Shown here in pieces: positions 19,665 to 31,400 of a stretch of 64,000 nucleotides of DNA (within the stretch, counting starts at the first letter, position 1; the number at the start of each line of letters is the position of its first letter). The position numbers were made by a program, and so were the translations under genes. The stretch comes from a virus (taxonomy: Duplodnaviria > Caudoviricetes). The DNA is taken from IMG/VR virus record IMGVR_UViG_3300000756_000009, positions 1-64,000 of that record; one strand, written 5' to 3'. The notes under the pieces are model-generated. The model worked only from the letters and a program-made list of their open reading frames with translations, made no database searches and had not been told where the DNA came from.

Positions 19665-22187
19665 ATGGCAAAAATTAAAATAAATAGTTTACCTGCAGGC
19701 TTTAAATTAGTTAATGGTAAAATAGAAGAAGATCAAATGATGAGAGAAGGTGGCTATGTAACTGGTGATCAAGCTGGTTATGGATTAGTTACTCTACCTC
19801 AAGAGTATTACAATAATGCTAATTTTAATACTACAAGAGATGAATCTGTTAGATACAGTTTATCTGGCGTACCCAGAGACAAAGCAAACATTGAAGCTGA
19901 AGGTGGTGAAACAGTATTAACTGATTTAAACAATGACAATCAATTTGGTCTGTACAATATTACAGGACCAAGACACTCTAAAGGTGGTGTGCCAATGTTT
20001 TTACCAGAACAATCTTTTATCTATTCTGATACAGATAAAATGAGATTTAATCAAGAAGAGCTTGCTGAGTATGGTATAGAAACTAAATTAAAAATGACTC
20101 CTGCTCAAGTATCTAAAAGATATGATCTTAATAAATATTATGGTACTATGCAAGATCAATTTGCTGATGAGATAACTGCACGTAGTTCTGAACTTATGTT
20201 AAAGAAAAACATGATGGGTTTATCTAAATTAGCATTTGGTCAAGAACTTAAAAAGAAATTTGAAGATGGGGTGCCTTTAGCAGCTCATCCATACTTAGTT
20301 TCTATTGGAGAAGACCCTATAGACTTTACTGCAAAAATGGAAAACATTACTAAGAAACAAGCTCAGATGAAAGCCTTTGCTGCTTTATCTCCTGATCAAC
20401 AACAACAGTTATTACAGTTGCAGGAAATGATGGCTCAGATGGATGAACAACAACCTCAACAAGAACAATCTTTTGAAGATCCTGGTATGCAACAACAACA
20501 ATTAGCTATGGCTGATGAAGATGTTATGGCTATGGGTATGCCTGAAGATGGTATGGCAAGATATGGTAGAGAAATAGCTAAGTACCAAGTTAAAGGTGAA
20601 ACTCCTACTAATCCTTTTAAACCTGGTACTGAGAATTATGCAAAAGCACAAGAGATGATTGACTCTGGTAAATATGAAATGGTTAAAGGTGATGTTGTAA
20701 AGGGTCAACAGATGTATCAATTTAGAGAAATTAAAACTGAAGATCCAAAATTTAAAGCAGATAGAGAAGCTCAATTAAAAAAAGAAAAGATTTCTGGTCA
20801 AAATCAAAAAGGGCAGGGTTCTGTATCTATTTATGGTGAAGTTATTGCTGGTCAAGAAAAAGCAATAAATGAAAGCCCTATTGGTATTTATAAGTCTGGT
20901 AGATTATCAGCAGGTAATAGACCCGCACTTCAAAATAAAACTGGTAAAGCATATGGTTCTGCAGATATAAAAACTCCAGAATCAAAAGCAGATTTTATGG
21001 ATAGATGGAGTGATGTTGCTGCAACAATACCCGGATTTGATTTTGATAAAGCACCCGATGATCCTCAATGGGCGCAGTTTCAAACAAAAGCTGAAGATGT
21101 TAGAAGAAAAGAACATATTGCAGCATTTGGTAATGATAAAGATTATGAACCATATTGGAAAAAACCAGGTGATAAAGGTTATGTTAGGGGTCAAGGCTTT
21201 GATAGTAAACTAGGATTGCATACTTATAATGCTCCACGTTTTAGACTTAATCCTGTAAAATCTAATGATGTTGAATTAGGTCTTGATATTCCAGAACCAG
21301 AACCAGATCCAAAAAAACCTTTAGAAACTTCTCAACTTCAAGAATATATACAACCTCAACCAGAATGGTGGAGACAAGATGTAAATAATTTAAATGCATT
21401 AAATTTAATTGATGATAATTTATATTTACCATGGGCACCAGATGCTGCACCAGCTAAAATAGATTATGTATTAGATGACTGGAGAAGTAATGCTAATGCA
21501 AATTTATCAGCTGCAAATACTATGGCTCAAGCATTAGGTGCTGCAGGTGGACCACAAGCTGTGGCTAATTCAAATATTCAAGGTACTGCAATGGATGGAA
21601 TTGCTCAAGGTATTAATAGAGTTAATACTAATAACGTTGGTATAATGAATCAGGTAGCTCCAATGCAAGCTCAATTAAATATGCAAGTTGATGCAATCAA
21701 TCAAGGTAGAAACATGAAGGTTTATGATGATACCCAAAAGACTTTGCAAAATAGTGATAACTTTCAGAATTGGAAGATTGGCAAACAAGCTGAACTATTT
21801 AATACTGCACTTACTAATAGAGCTAACACATATAACTTAAATTCAACATTTGATCACTATGCTATAGATCCAACATCAGGAGGTGGTATTAATTATACAA
21901 ATTCAAGAGCTTATGAAAAAGTTGGACCACAACCAGATAGACAAAAGGCTTTTCTAGATGCATATACTACATTAAGAAAAAACTTACCAAAAGATCAAAC
22001 AGTTGATAAAGGTATAATGGAAATGTATATGGGTATGGCCCCTAATGAAAATCCTAATATAACCAATGCACAAGCAGAATTACAAAGAAGAGGTTTACCT
22101 CAAGTTGGTCCATTGTCTCAAAATAAAAGAGGAAAAGAAATAAAAAGAATGATAGTACCATTCTACACAGGAAAGATGGGAGCATAA
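19665..22187 (+). CDS. Virion cargo/ejection-type protein
   Basis: 840 aa. N-terminal block with NIEAEGGE and GPRHSKGG, a Q/M-rich tract, and an amphipathic A/N/Q-rich C-terminal region. Confidence 0.6.
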   Translation: MAKIKINSLPAGFKLVNGKIEEDQMMREGGYVTGDQAGYGLVTLPQEYYNNANFNTTRDESVRYSLSGVPRDKANIEAEGGETVLTDLNNDNQFGLYNITGPRHSKGGVPMFLPEQSFIYSDTDKMRFNQEELAEYGIETKLKMTPAQVSKRYDLNKYYGTMQDQFADEITARSSELMLKKNMMGLSKLAFGQELKKKFEDGVPLAAHPYLVSIGEDPIDFTAKMENITKKQAQMKAFAALSPDQQQQLLQLQEMMAQMDEQQPQQEQSFEDPGMQQQQLAMADEDVMAMGMPEDGMARYGREIAKYQVKGETPTNPFKPGTENYAKAQEMIDSGKYEMVKGDVVKGQQMYQFREIKTEDPKFKADREAQLKKEKISGQNQKGQGSVSIYGEVIAGQEKAINESPIGIYKSGRLSAGNRPALQNKTGKAYGSADIKTPESKADFMDRWSDVAATIPGFDFDKAPDDPQWAQFQTKAEDVRRKEHIAAFGNDKDYEPYWKKPGDKGYVRGQGFDSKLGLHTYNAPRFRLNPVKSNDVELGLDIPEPEPDPKKPLETSQLQEYIQPQPEWWRQDVNNLNALNLIDDNLYLPWAPDAAPAKIDYVLDDWRSNANANLSAANTMAQALGAAGGPQAVANSNIQGTAMDGIAQGINRVNTNNVGIMNQVAPMQAQLNMQVDAINQGRNMKVYDDTQKTLQNSDNFQNWKIGKQAELFNTALTNRANTYNLNSTFDHYAIDPTSGGGINYTNSRAYEKVGPQPDRQKAFLDAYTTLRKNLPKDQTVDKGIMEMYMGMAPNENPNITNAQAELQRRGLPQVGPLSQNKRGKEIKRMIVPFYTGKMGA

Positions 22188-22246
22188 ACTTTAAAAGTTT
22201 TATGATTTATCTTGTTAAACTTAATAAATTTTAGTAATTTACAATT

Positions 22247-25200
22247 ATGGCAACATACGTACCAGGAGTAGAAACATACTTACCAGACATCAAACCATTT
22301 ACACCAGACTATAAATTTTTGTCTGCTGTACTTGATGTTAGAACAGATAAGTATAATACCAATTGGAAGGCAACTAATGACCTTTACAATAAAGTTGTTT
22401 ATGCGGATTTGTCCAGAACAGATACCAAAGAACAAAGAGATCAATATATAAATCAAATAACTCCATCTTTAGAGAAAATCTCAGGGATGGATTTATCAAT
22501 GGTACAAAATGCTGACTCTGCTAAAGCAGTGTTTGCTCCATTCTTTGAAGATGATTTAATAGTCAGTGATATGATGCATACTTCTAACTTTAGAAAAGAA
22601 ATGGATTATGCAAATAGACTTATGGGTTCTCCAGATGATGAGATGAGGGGTAGATATTCAGTTGATGGAGTAAAGGGTTTACAATATCATATGGAAGATT
22701 TTGTAAACGCTTCTGCTGATAAAGCAATGAAAATGGGTTTACCTAAATTTATTGAAAATGCTAACATAATGGAGATGTCTCAGAAAATTTTAGGTGAAAT
22801 GAAACCACCTCTAAAAATGAGGGTTGATCATTTTGGTTTAAATCCTAATAAAACAGTTAATACTGAATGGGTTATTACAGAACAAAATGGTAATTTAGTT
22901 ACAGGTGCAGCATTACAATATATTCAGAAAGCTTTATTAGATGATCCTAGAATACAAAGACACTATCAGAATCAAGCTTTTGTAAGAGGTAGAGATTTTG
23001 CTGCAGAAGGTATAGCTAGAGGTGATTTTGCAACTAAAGAAGAAGGTCAAAATGCTTGGGCATCTGAAACTATTAAAAGAATAAATCAACAAAATGAATA
23101 TTATTTAAAGAAAGACATTAAAGCTTTAGAAACTGCTGAAGATGTAAATGTTAGATGGGATAACTATCAAAAAAGTAATGGTATTGTTCCAGGATCAGAT
23201 GATGAAAAAGCAATGCTTGGTGAACGTTCATCTTATGAAGCAACTAAAGCTGCATTAGATGCAAAGGTAAATATTCAAAAAATAGCTAATGCTCCTGTAA
23301 AAGATTTTGAAGGCACATTAAATAAAGCTTATAGTCTTTTGATGCATAATAATATATCAAAAGAAATGCAAGCAGCTGCTCAAGAGTATGGTGCTAGAGA
23401 TATGGAGTATACTATGAAAGTTAATGAGTATGCTAAACAACAAAAGCAGTTTCAATTTGATATGGGTAAAATTGCACAACAACATATAAATGCAAAAGAG
23501 TTGGCTGCTATTAAAAAGAAAGATGATTTAGATTTGGCAGCAGCAAAAGGTGAACTTGTATCTCAAAATCCTTTATTAAATATATTAACAGGTGGTGGAG
23601 CTGAAGCTGGTGGTGCTGCAAATGCTGACTTTCCAGTAGATAAATATGGAAAACCAGATCCAAATGTAGATGTAGTTGATCATTTAACTGATCAATATGT
23701 TTTACCAAGAACTGCAGCTAGAGATTTAGAACTTGATGCTGCAACTAGTATATTAACATTTTTAAAACCTGTTGGAGATAAAGATCTTAGTGGTAATGCT
23801 ACTCAAAAGTATACAATAAAAGTAGCGGGTACAAATTATACTGGATCAATTGATCAAATAAAAAAGAAACTTGGTACAAAAACTGAAAAAGGTGGATATT
23901 TATATTGGGAAGATATAGATGCTTTATATCAAGAACAATCTAAAATATTAAATGACCCAAAACAAATGGGAAGTAAGTACCCTGGTTTAGCAAATAGTAA
24001 AATGTATAATGATTTGTATGAAAAAATATATTCACCTAAAGGTATTAACACAACAATTGAAGTACTTGATAGAACATATGAAACTGTAATTAATAAGTAT
24101 AAAAATATACATGATCAATCTGTAGTATTGGTTCAAGGTGAAGATGCCAACGTTAAAGCTTCAATGCAAGAGGGTGGCATGCCAGGAATATATAAAACAT
24201 TACCTAGTGGTTTACATAGACAATTAACTAAACCTGAATACATTGCTAATGTAGTAGAACTTATTAAACAAGGAAAAGTTAAAAATATAGATTTAATTGG
24301 ATGGGATACTGGTACAAGTAGTAGTAATTATATGCACACTGTTAAAAAAGGTACAGGTCAATATTATACCACTAGAGATGGTGAAGGAGGTAGTATAACA
24401 AAAGAAAGACAGACAACTGTAACTGAATTAGATATGGCTGCTATTGAAGCTGAAGCAGGACATGTATATGATAAAATTAAAATAAAAACTAATGCTGCTG
24501 CAACAGGCCGTCTTGGTGATAAGTATGATACGGGAACTTTTAAAGGTACGTTAGCTGGAAGATCGGGTGCAACTGATATGTTTATATCACCAGTTTATAA
24601 AGCACCTATAGATCCTTTAAGTAATACATCAGAAGGTCAAACTACTTTAGCTCAAATGATAACTCAAAAAAAGATGTTAGATGCACAAGGTGGTGGATAT
24701 ACAATGGTTCTTGGTAATTTATCAGATAAAAAAGACAAAGCATCTATAGCTACTGATGCATTGGCTACTAAAGCATATAATGCTTATATAGCTGATATGA
24801 CAACATGGTTGGGTAATCCTAAGCGTAGTAATACAGCGGGTATTGCACCAAGAGCAAACATTATATATTCTGGTACATTAGGTGCTGCTGGTGAAGGTAA
24901 TAAAACTACAGCTGGTTATACTATTGATGGATTTAATGAATGGTTATCAAGTAAAGTTAAAGGTTCAGCAACAGAAGCAACTGGTGCTGCAGGAGAATAT
25001 GGTTTATTTAGTAAACCCGAAGTAGATGCATTGAGAAGTGGAATTAGTATGGTGTTTGATAAAAAACAAGATATAAATCCTAGAGCAGAACGCAATCAAT
25101 ATTATTCAAATGTATTATCAGCTGTTGAAGCTAGTCCTGATAAATTTGCAGAGTATACTTATCCTGGAATAGATGGTATGACACCAACTGCAACATATAG

Positions 25201-25438
25201 AATTGTAAAAACAGGAACAGATCAGTTTTATGCTACATATAAGTATAATACTTATCAACCTAATGGTACATATCTTGAAAGTGATTGGAAACAAGTTCCA
25301 ATACAAACTGGTAATTTTAATGTAGCTCAGGCAGTTGATGCACAAGTAGAAAAATTACAACTAGAATTTGAACAAATAAAAAAAGCGTCCACAGAAGATT
25401 ATAATAGAAATTCTGCTGTTAAAGGTAGAAAAAACTAA
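22247..25438 (+). CDS. Large virion cargo/ejection protein
   Basis: 1063 aa, predicted helical N-terminus (MATYVPG...PFTPDYKFL). Immediately precedes the RNA polymerase gene. Confidence 0.6.
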   Translation: MATYVPGVETYLPDIKPFTPDYKFLSAVLDVRTDKYNTNWKATNDLYNKVVYADLSRTDTKEQRDQYINQITPSLEKISGMDLSMVQNADSAKAVFAPFFEDDLIVSDMMHTSNFRKEMDYANRLMGSPDDEMRGRYSVDGVKGLQYHMEDFVNASADKAMKMGLPKFIENANIMEMSQKILGEMKPPLKMRVDHFGLNPNKTVNTEWVITEQNGNLVTGAALQYIQKALLDDPRIQRHYQNQAFVRGRDFAAEGIARGDFATKEEGQNAWASETIKRINQQNEYYLKKDIKALETAEDVNVRWDNYQKSNGIVPGSDDEKAMLGERSSYEATKAALDAKVNIQKIANAPVKDFEGTLNKAYSLLMHNNISKEMQAAAQEYGARDMEYTMKVNEYAKQQKQFQFDMGKIAQQHINAKELAAIKKKDDLDLAAAKGELVSQNPLLNILTGGGAEAGGAANADFPVDKYGKPDPNVDVVDHLTDQYVLPRTAARDLELDAATSILTFLKPVGDKDLSGNATQKYTIKVAGTNYTGSIDQIKKKLGTKTEKGGYLYWEDIDALYQEQSKILNDPKQMGSKYPGLANSKMYNDLYEKIYSPKGINTTIEVLDRTYETVINKYKNIHDQSVVLVQGEDANVKASMQEGGMPGIYKTLPSGLHRQLTKPEYIANVVELIKQGKVKNIDLIGWDTGTSSSNYMHTVKKGTGQYYTTRDGEGGSITKERQTTVTELDMAAIEAEAGHVYDKIKIKTNAAATGRLGDKYDTGTFKGTLAGRSGATDMFISPVYKAPIDPLSNTSEGQTTLAQMITQKKMLDAQGGGYTMVLGNLSDKKDKASIATDALATKAYNAYIADMTTWLGNPKRSNTAGIAPRANIIYSGTLGAAGEGNKTTAGYTIDGFNEWLSSKVKGSATEATGAAGEYGLFSKPEVDALRSGISMVFDKKQDINPRAERNQYYSNVLSAVEASPDKFAEYTYPGIDGMTPTATYRIVKTGTDQFYATYKYNTYQPNGTYLESDWKQVPIQTGNFNVAQAVDAQVEKLQLEFEQIKKASTEDYNRNSAVKGRKN

Positions 25439-25479
25439 AAAATCACTAGATTTACAAAAAATAATTCAGGTACTAATAC

Positions 25480-28400
25480 ATGGAAAATCCAATTGAAAAT
25501 AATAGTTTAAACCAAACAATTTTAAATAATCAAGTTACAGAAAGTGTTATCCCAAAAGATAATTCATTTCAACCTGTAATGGATATGTTTGATAGTGAAG
25601 AAAACAATGTTCTGATGAGCAGAATAGATTTAGCTCAATTGCAACAACTTGATGCATTAAAACCAATGATTGATAGTACCGGAATTAGATCTAATGGAAA
25701 TGCTGCTGCAAGAAGACCCACACTATCTTCTAATACATTTGATCCTGTTCTTCAACAAAATCCACCAAACTTAAAAGAACCCGGTGGAATTGAAAGATCT
25801 ATAGAACAATCATTGAATGAAGCTTTTCAAGAAAGTCAAGGAAATATAAAGCCCGGAACTGGTGTAGCTGCACCCGCATTTGCTAGTATGGTTCAAAGTA
25901 ATTTCAAACGTTATTATGAGCATCCTGAATTTCAAAAATTAGGATGGAAACCATATGCAGATAATGAAGCATATTATAATGCTAACTCAACCATCTATGA
26001 TGATATGAGTAGAATGTGGGGTCAGTTTGGAAGTTTAGTGGGAACAGGATTTGTTGGTGGATATAGAGACATTGGTGACATGTTTAGTGGTGAATCAATG
26101 GTGGCAGATTTAAAATCTGCAAATGAGTTTGAAGATGCTATGGCAATTGGTAGTTCAACTAGAGGTGGTGCTTTGGGTTTTACAAATAATTTATTATTAA
26201 ACTCAGCATATACAGTAGGAATTATTAGTTCTATTGCAGTAGAAGAATTGGCATTAGCTGCATTAGAAGTAGGAACATTTGGTGGAGCAACACCACTTGT
26301 AGCTGGAAGAAGCGTACTTAATGCAGCAAGATTAGCTGAATTAGCAAAAAATGTAGGTAAAGCAACTTCTATTGGTAGAATGTATAGTTCAGGAAGAACT
26401 ATGATGAATACTTTAAAAGGTATTGATGCAGCAAAAGATTTTTGGACAGCTAGTAAAATTGGAGGTAAAGCTTTTGCTGGTATTTTTGCTCCTGAAACTA
26501 TAGCCGCTGTTAATAGATTGCACACTACAGAAGTAGTTGCTCAAAATTTAAACAATATGGCTAAAGCATCTGAGTATGCTGGAGCATTTTATAGAGATGC
26601 TAGAGCTTTAAATTTAGCATTATCAGAAAGCAGACTTGAAGGAGGTATGGTCTATAATCAATTGATTAAAGACGGTATGGATATTAAATTTGCTGAAAAC
26701 AATGGTAGTCCCGTAACAACAGAACAAGTTGCAGATATTCAAAACAATGCACATAAAGCTGCATTTGCAACTACAATGACAAACATGCCTATAATATACA
26801 TAACTAATAAATTAGTTTTAGGTAATTCATTGGGAGGTTTTAATAAATCATTAGGTAGAATATTTAATGAACAAGCAAAAGGTATTGGAAGTAGAATTAT
26901 TAAAACTGCACAAACAGTTGGAAAAGATGGTGTAAAATCATTATCTCCATTTAAAGATGCTGGTACAGGACTTAAAGGATTAGCTACAACACTTGGTAAT
27001 GCCGGAGTTAAAGGTAACTTATCTAAGTTAGGTCAAGGTTCATTAAGGTATTTTGCAGCAAACTTAGGAGAGGGTATACAAGAACTTTCTCAAGAAGCTA
27101 TTTCTGCAGGTACTAAAAACTATTACACTTCTGTATTAAAAGATCCAATGAATGGAGGATCTGAATTATTTAATGCTTCTGTTAATGCTGGAATAGGTCA
27201 ACAATTTTCATCTCAAGGATTTGAAACATTTATGTCAGGATTTTTAATGGGTGGTATAGTTTCTGGGCCACAAAAATTATTTTTCCAAGGTGTACCTGCT
27301 TTATATCAAAGGGTTTCTAATCCAGAAAAATATGCTCAGTATAAACAAAATAAAGAAGACTATGTTAAATCTGTAGTTGATACTTATAATGCTGTTTGGA
27401 ATGAACAAGCACAAGATCCTAATTCAATTTTTGATCCTAAGAGATATAATTTTTTATTACAAAAAGCTGCAGCTCAAGGAAAGACATTAGCATCTATTGC
27501 TTATAATCAATTTGATTTTATTGATGAAACTGACTTTGCTAAGTTTCAACAGATCCATACTGTATTAACTACAGGTGGTGCTGCATTATTTCAAGATCAG
27601 TTAACTGATTATATGAAAATGTCTGATGAAGATTTAGCTACGGCTTTTCCATCAAGTAAAGCAGATGTTAAAAACGGAAAGATTAGAGAACGTCTTCAAA
27701 GTATGGTCAATCAAATTGATAAAACTGAAGAAGTATATAGTCAATCAAAAGATAGAAATCCAAATCCATTTACACCTGAATCTTATGAAAAAGGTTCAAG
27801 ACAATGGACAGAAGAAACACTTAAGAAAATTGCATTTGAACATGCAAGATATCTTTACATGTTTACCCAAGATGGATTTACTAGAGCATTAGAAAGATCA
27901 AATAGCATATATCAAAATTTAGCAGCTGAACCATTGTTTGAAAAAATGGCAGCTAGTGATTTAACAGTATTATTGGATCAAGATTCTATTGATAAAGAAA
28001 TACAAATGTTAACTGAAGAGGCTATTATTTTATCAGGAGATAAAATCAATGAAACTAAAGTAAAAGAAAAAACAGAAAAAATAGAAAGATTATCTGCATT
28101 CAAAAACATATTGCTAGAGAATCAAAATAAAGATGGTTCTTTTAATAAAAAGAAAATAGGATTACTTAGAAAAGAGTTTGAAAACTATGTTAAATACATG
28201 GCTCAAGCATCAGGTACTTTTGTAAATAAAGATAATATTGATGCTGCGTTAAAACAAATTATAGATTATACAGCATTAAAAGGTAGAGCTAAAGTATATG
28301 ATAAAGCAATTGAGTATTTGAATGATCCTCAAAAGTTTGATGTTATATTTCAAAGAACAGCTGAAGTATTACAAGAACAATACAAAAACAGAAAATCAAT

Positions 28401-31400
28401 ATTTGAACAACAAGTACGTGATTATACTGAGGTAATTGAAAGAACTGAATTAGCAAATCAAATTGCAAAAGCCGGTTTTATTCCTGCAGTTGATGAAATG
28501 AAAATGTTTTTAGAAACTGGAGATAGCAAATATTTAAAAACATTTTATAATCAAAAAGGAGAGCAACTATCTGCTTATGATAAGCAAGATCTAGAAGATA
28601 TTCAAGCATTGCTAAATGACTATGAACAAACTAGACCTGATAAAAAAGTAGAAGAAGTTAAAGATGAGGAAGAAGTAGCAGAAGAAGGTAGATCTAATGT
28701 AGATGATATATTAGGTAATATAAATATTGAAGTATCAGTTAAAGATTCAGTTGTATTAGATAATACAATGAAAAAAGCTTATGCTAAATATGCAGCTAAA
28801 CAAACCGCAGCTGGTAAAAAACCAATTACTTTAGATAAATGGATCAATAGTGAAGATGGTAAAAATCATAGAACAGCATTTATTGCTGTTAAGAAAATCT
28901 GGATTGACAATGATACATTGATAAATCCAAATAATCCACTTACTGAAGCAGAAATTCAAAGTGAATCTAAATTAATACCATGGTTGCAAAGTCAAGAAGG
29001 TAAAACAAATGATTTAGTACAGAATGTTGTTAATGCATTAGGATTAACAATTGATGATGTTACAGGTCAAACAGAGTTATTGCCTAGTGAAGGTGAAGCT
29101 GTTGAAGGTAACAAGAATATAACAATAGTTAAAAAAGGTAATGCTGTTTCATTAATTGAATTAAAGACTGTTGACTCAGAAGGAAATATAAGCACTTCAT
29201 ACCAACTGGTTGATCAATATAAGCAACCATTAGATGAAGAAACATTAAATAGATTTGGTGTTCCTGCATTTGGTATTTTTATTGAGGGTGACAAAGTTAA
29301 AGCATTATCTATACAAAAAGCTATTGATGGTGCAGCACCGGATATTACTCCATTTATTTTTGATGATGTACAGTTAAACTATGGTCAACTTGTATATGAT
29401 CAAACAGGAAAAGAATTTATTGTAGTAAGTCAACCAAAACAAATTGGCACTGAACGCAAATTATTATTAGTACCATCTGATGAAATTAGTCCTTCAATAG
29501 AAGAAACTAAAAAAGCTACAATACCCGTTAAACCTGGTGAATTTAAAGCATCATTTAGTATTCAAGATCTAGATCTTAAAGTACTACCACAAAGTGTTAG
29601 TAGATTGAATATAAATGAACCTATTCAACCTTATGCATACAGAAATAAAGATGCTGTTACTAACCAATGGTTAGAAAGTCAGGAACAAGCAACTGCAAGA
29701 TATAACTTAGTTATGTCAGTATTGTCTCCTGAAGATTTAAATGGATTAGAATTAGTTGTTACATTAGATCCTGAAGGTGGATTAAACAATGGGTATTTAA
29801 TTATTCCTGGTTTTAAAGAAGCAAATCCATATATTCAAACAATAACTGCAAAATACTCTGTAGGAATTAGAACTTCTAATCCTATTGTACAAGCTAAGAT
29901 TGATGCTGCTATTGAAAAGAATGGTTTAAATAAAAGCAATGCATCAAATGGTGTTTTTGGTTTTATGCAAAATACCAATTTTACAATTACTAATTCTCAA
30001 GGTACTGTTATTAATCCAGCTACCATGACTACAGATGAATATAAAAATATAATTTATACTCCTGCAGGAATGGAAGTAAGTCTTGAAGAAGATTTAAAAC
30101 GTGCTCAAAATAACTTTGCTTTAAATAATTTATTGAGTTCTGTATTACCTGAGTTAGTAGCAAATAATCCTGATGGAGTTATTGCACTTTCTAAATTGCC
30201 AAATGGTTTATCTTTTATTTCTAAACCAGGGGTAACAATGTATGATAAATCTCCAAAGCCATTAGCAGATTTACAATTTAGTGCTGCTGATGAAAATGGT
30301 AATTATTTAATCTATCAATTAGAAAATAACAAAGGGGGAGCAAGAACTAAAGTTGCTATATCTAATCTTGAAGGTGAAGAAAGAAGACAATTAATAGATA
30401 GAGTTGAAGAGAGTTTAACCAAACAAGGATTGTTAGATGGTATTACAAGTTTAACTGATGCTTATGTTGCTGTTGTATTATTACCTGATGGAACATATGC
30501 CTTAGCAAATTTAAAGGCTAAGTCTATTGATTTGAATGCTAAATTTCTTGAATTAATAAATAGAGCTGAAACAACTCTATCTGATAATCCTGAAGCTAAT
30601 GCTGAAAAATTTGATAAAAGATTTAACGTTGACTATAATAAAGGACTAAGAAGTGAATTATTTATTAGTGCTAAACCAGGATATAGACTTTCTTTACAAG
30701 TAAGTCCATGGGGTAAAATTGAATTAGAAATTTCTGACTCAAACAATAAGCAAATAGGTATAGTTAGATTAAATAAATCTGAGATTTCAAATAAAGATTT
30801 ATCAGTTGATGATAAACTTAAATTACTATTAGATAAATTTAATGAATTACCTGGAGTAGTTGCTGCTGATGTAAATCTTACAGCTGCAAACTTTAGAGCT
30901 TCATACTCTAGAGAAGCGGGTGTTCAAGAGATACTTGATAAGACAACTACACAAGTTGCTCCACAAGTAGTATCTAATAATGCAATTCAATTGTCTGCAG
31001 ATTCTTCTGCTATTCAAGCTGCTAAAAATATTCCTGTAGTTCAACAAAGTGCGTTTGTTGCATCAGAAGAAGTTTTAGATGTAGTTACTGATGAAGTATA
31101 TAATAATTTTATAGATAATAATATTGTACCAGATAATATTCTTAATAATATTGCAGATAAAGTAATTAAACGTATAGATTTATCAGAAAAAGAAATAGCA
31201 ATATTTAATGGAAAGACATCTGAAATAAATGATATAATTAAAGATATTGCATCCAATGAAGTAACTCCAGAAGAAGTTGCAGATACATTTGATACAGATA
31301 GTATAAATCCTGAAGACATTAATATAGATGATACTAATTTATTAAGAAATTCTATTAGATTAAGTATTCTAGAAAGTATTAAACAAGAACTAGAAACGCT

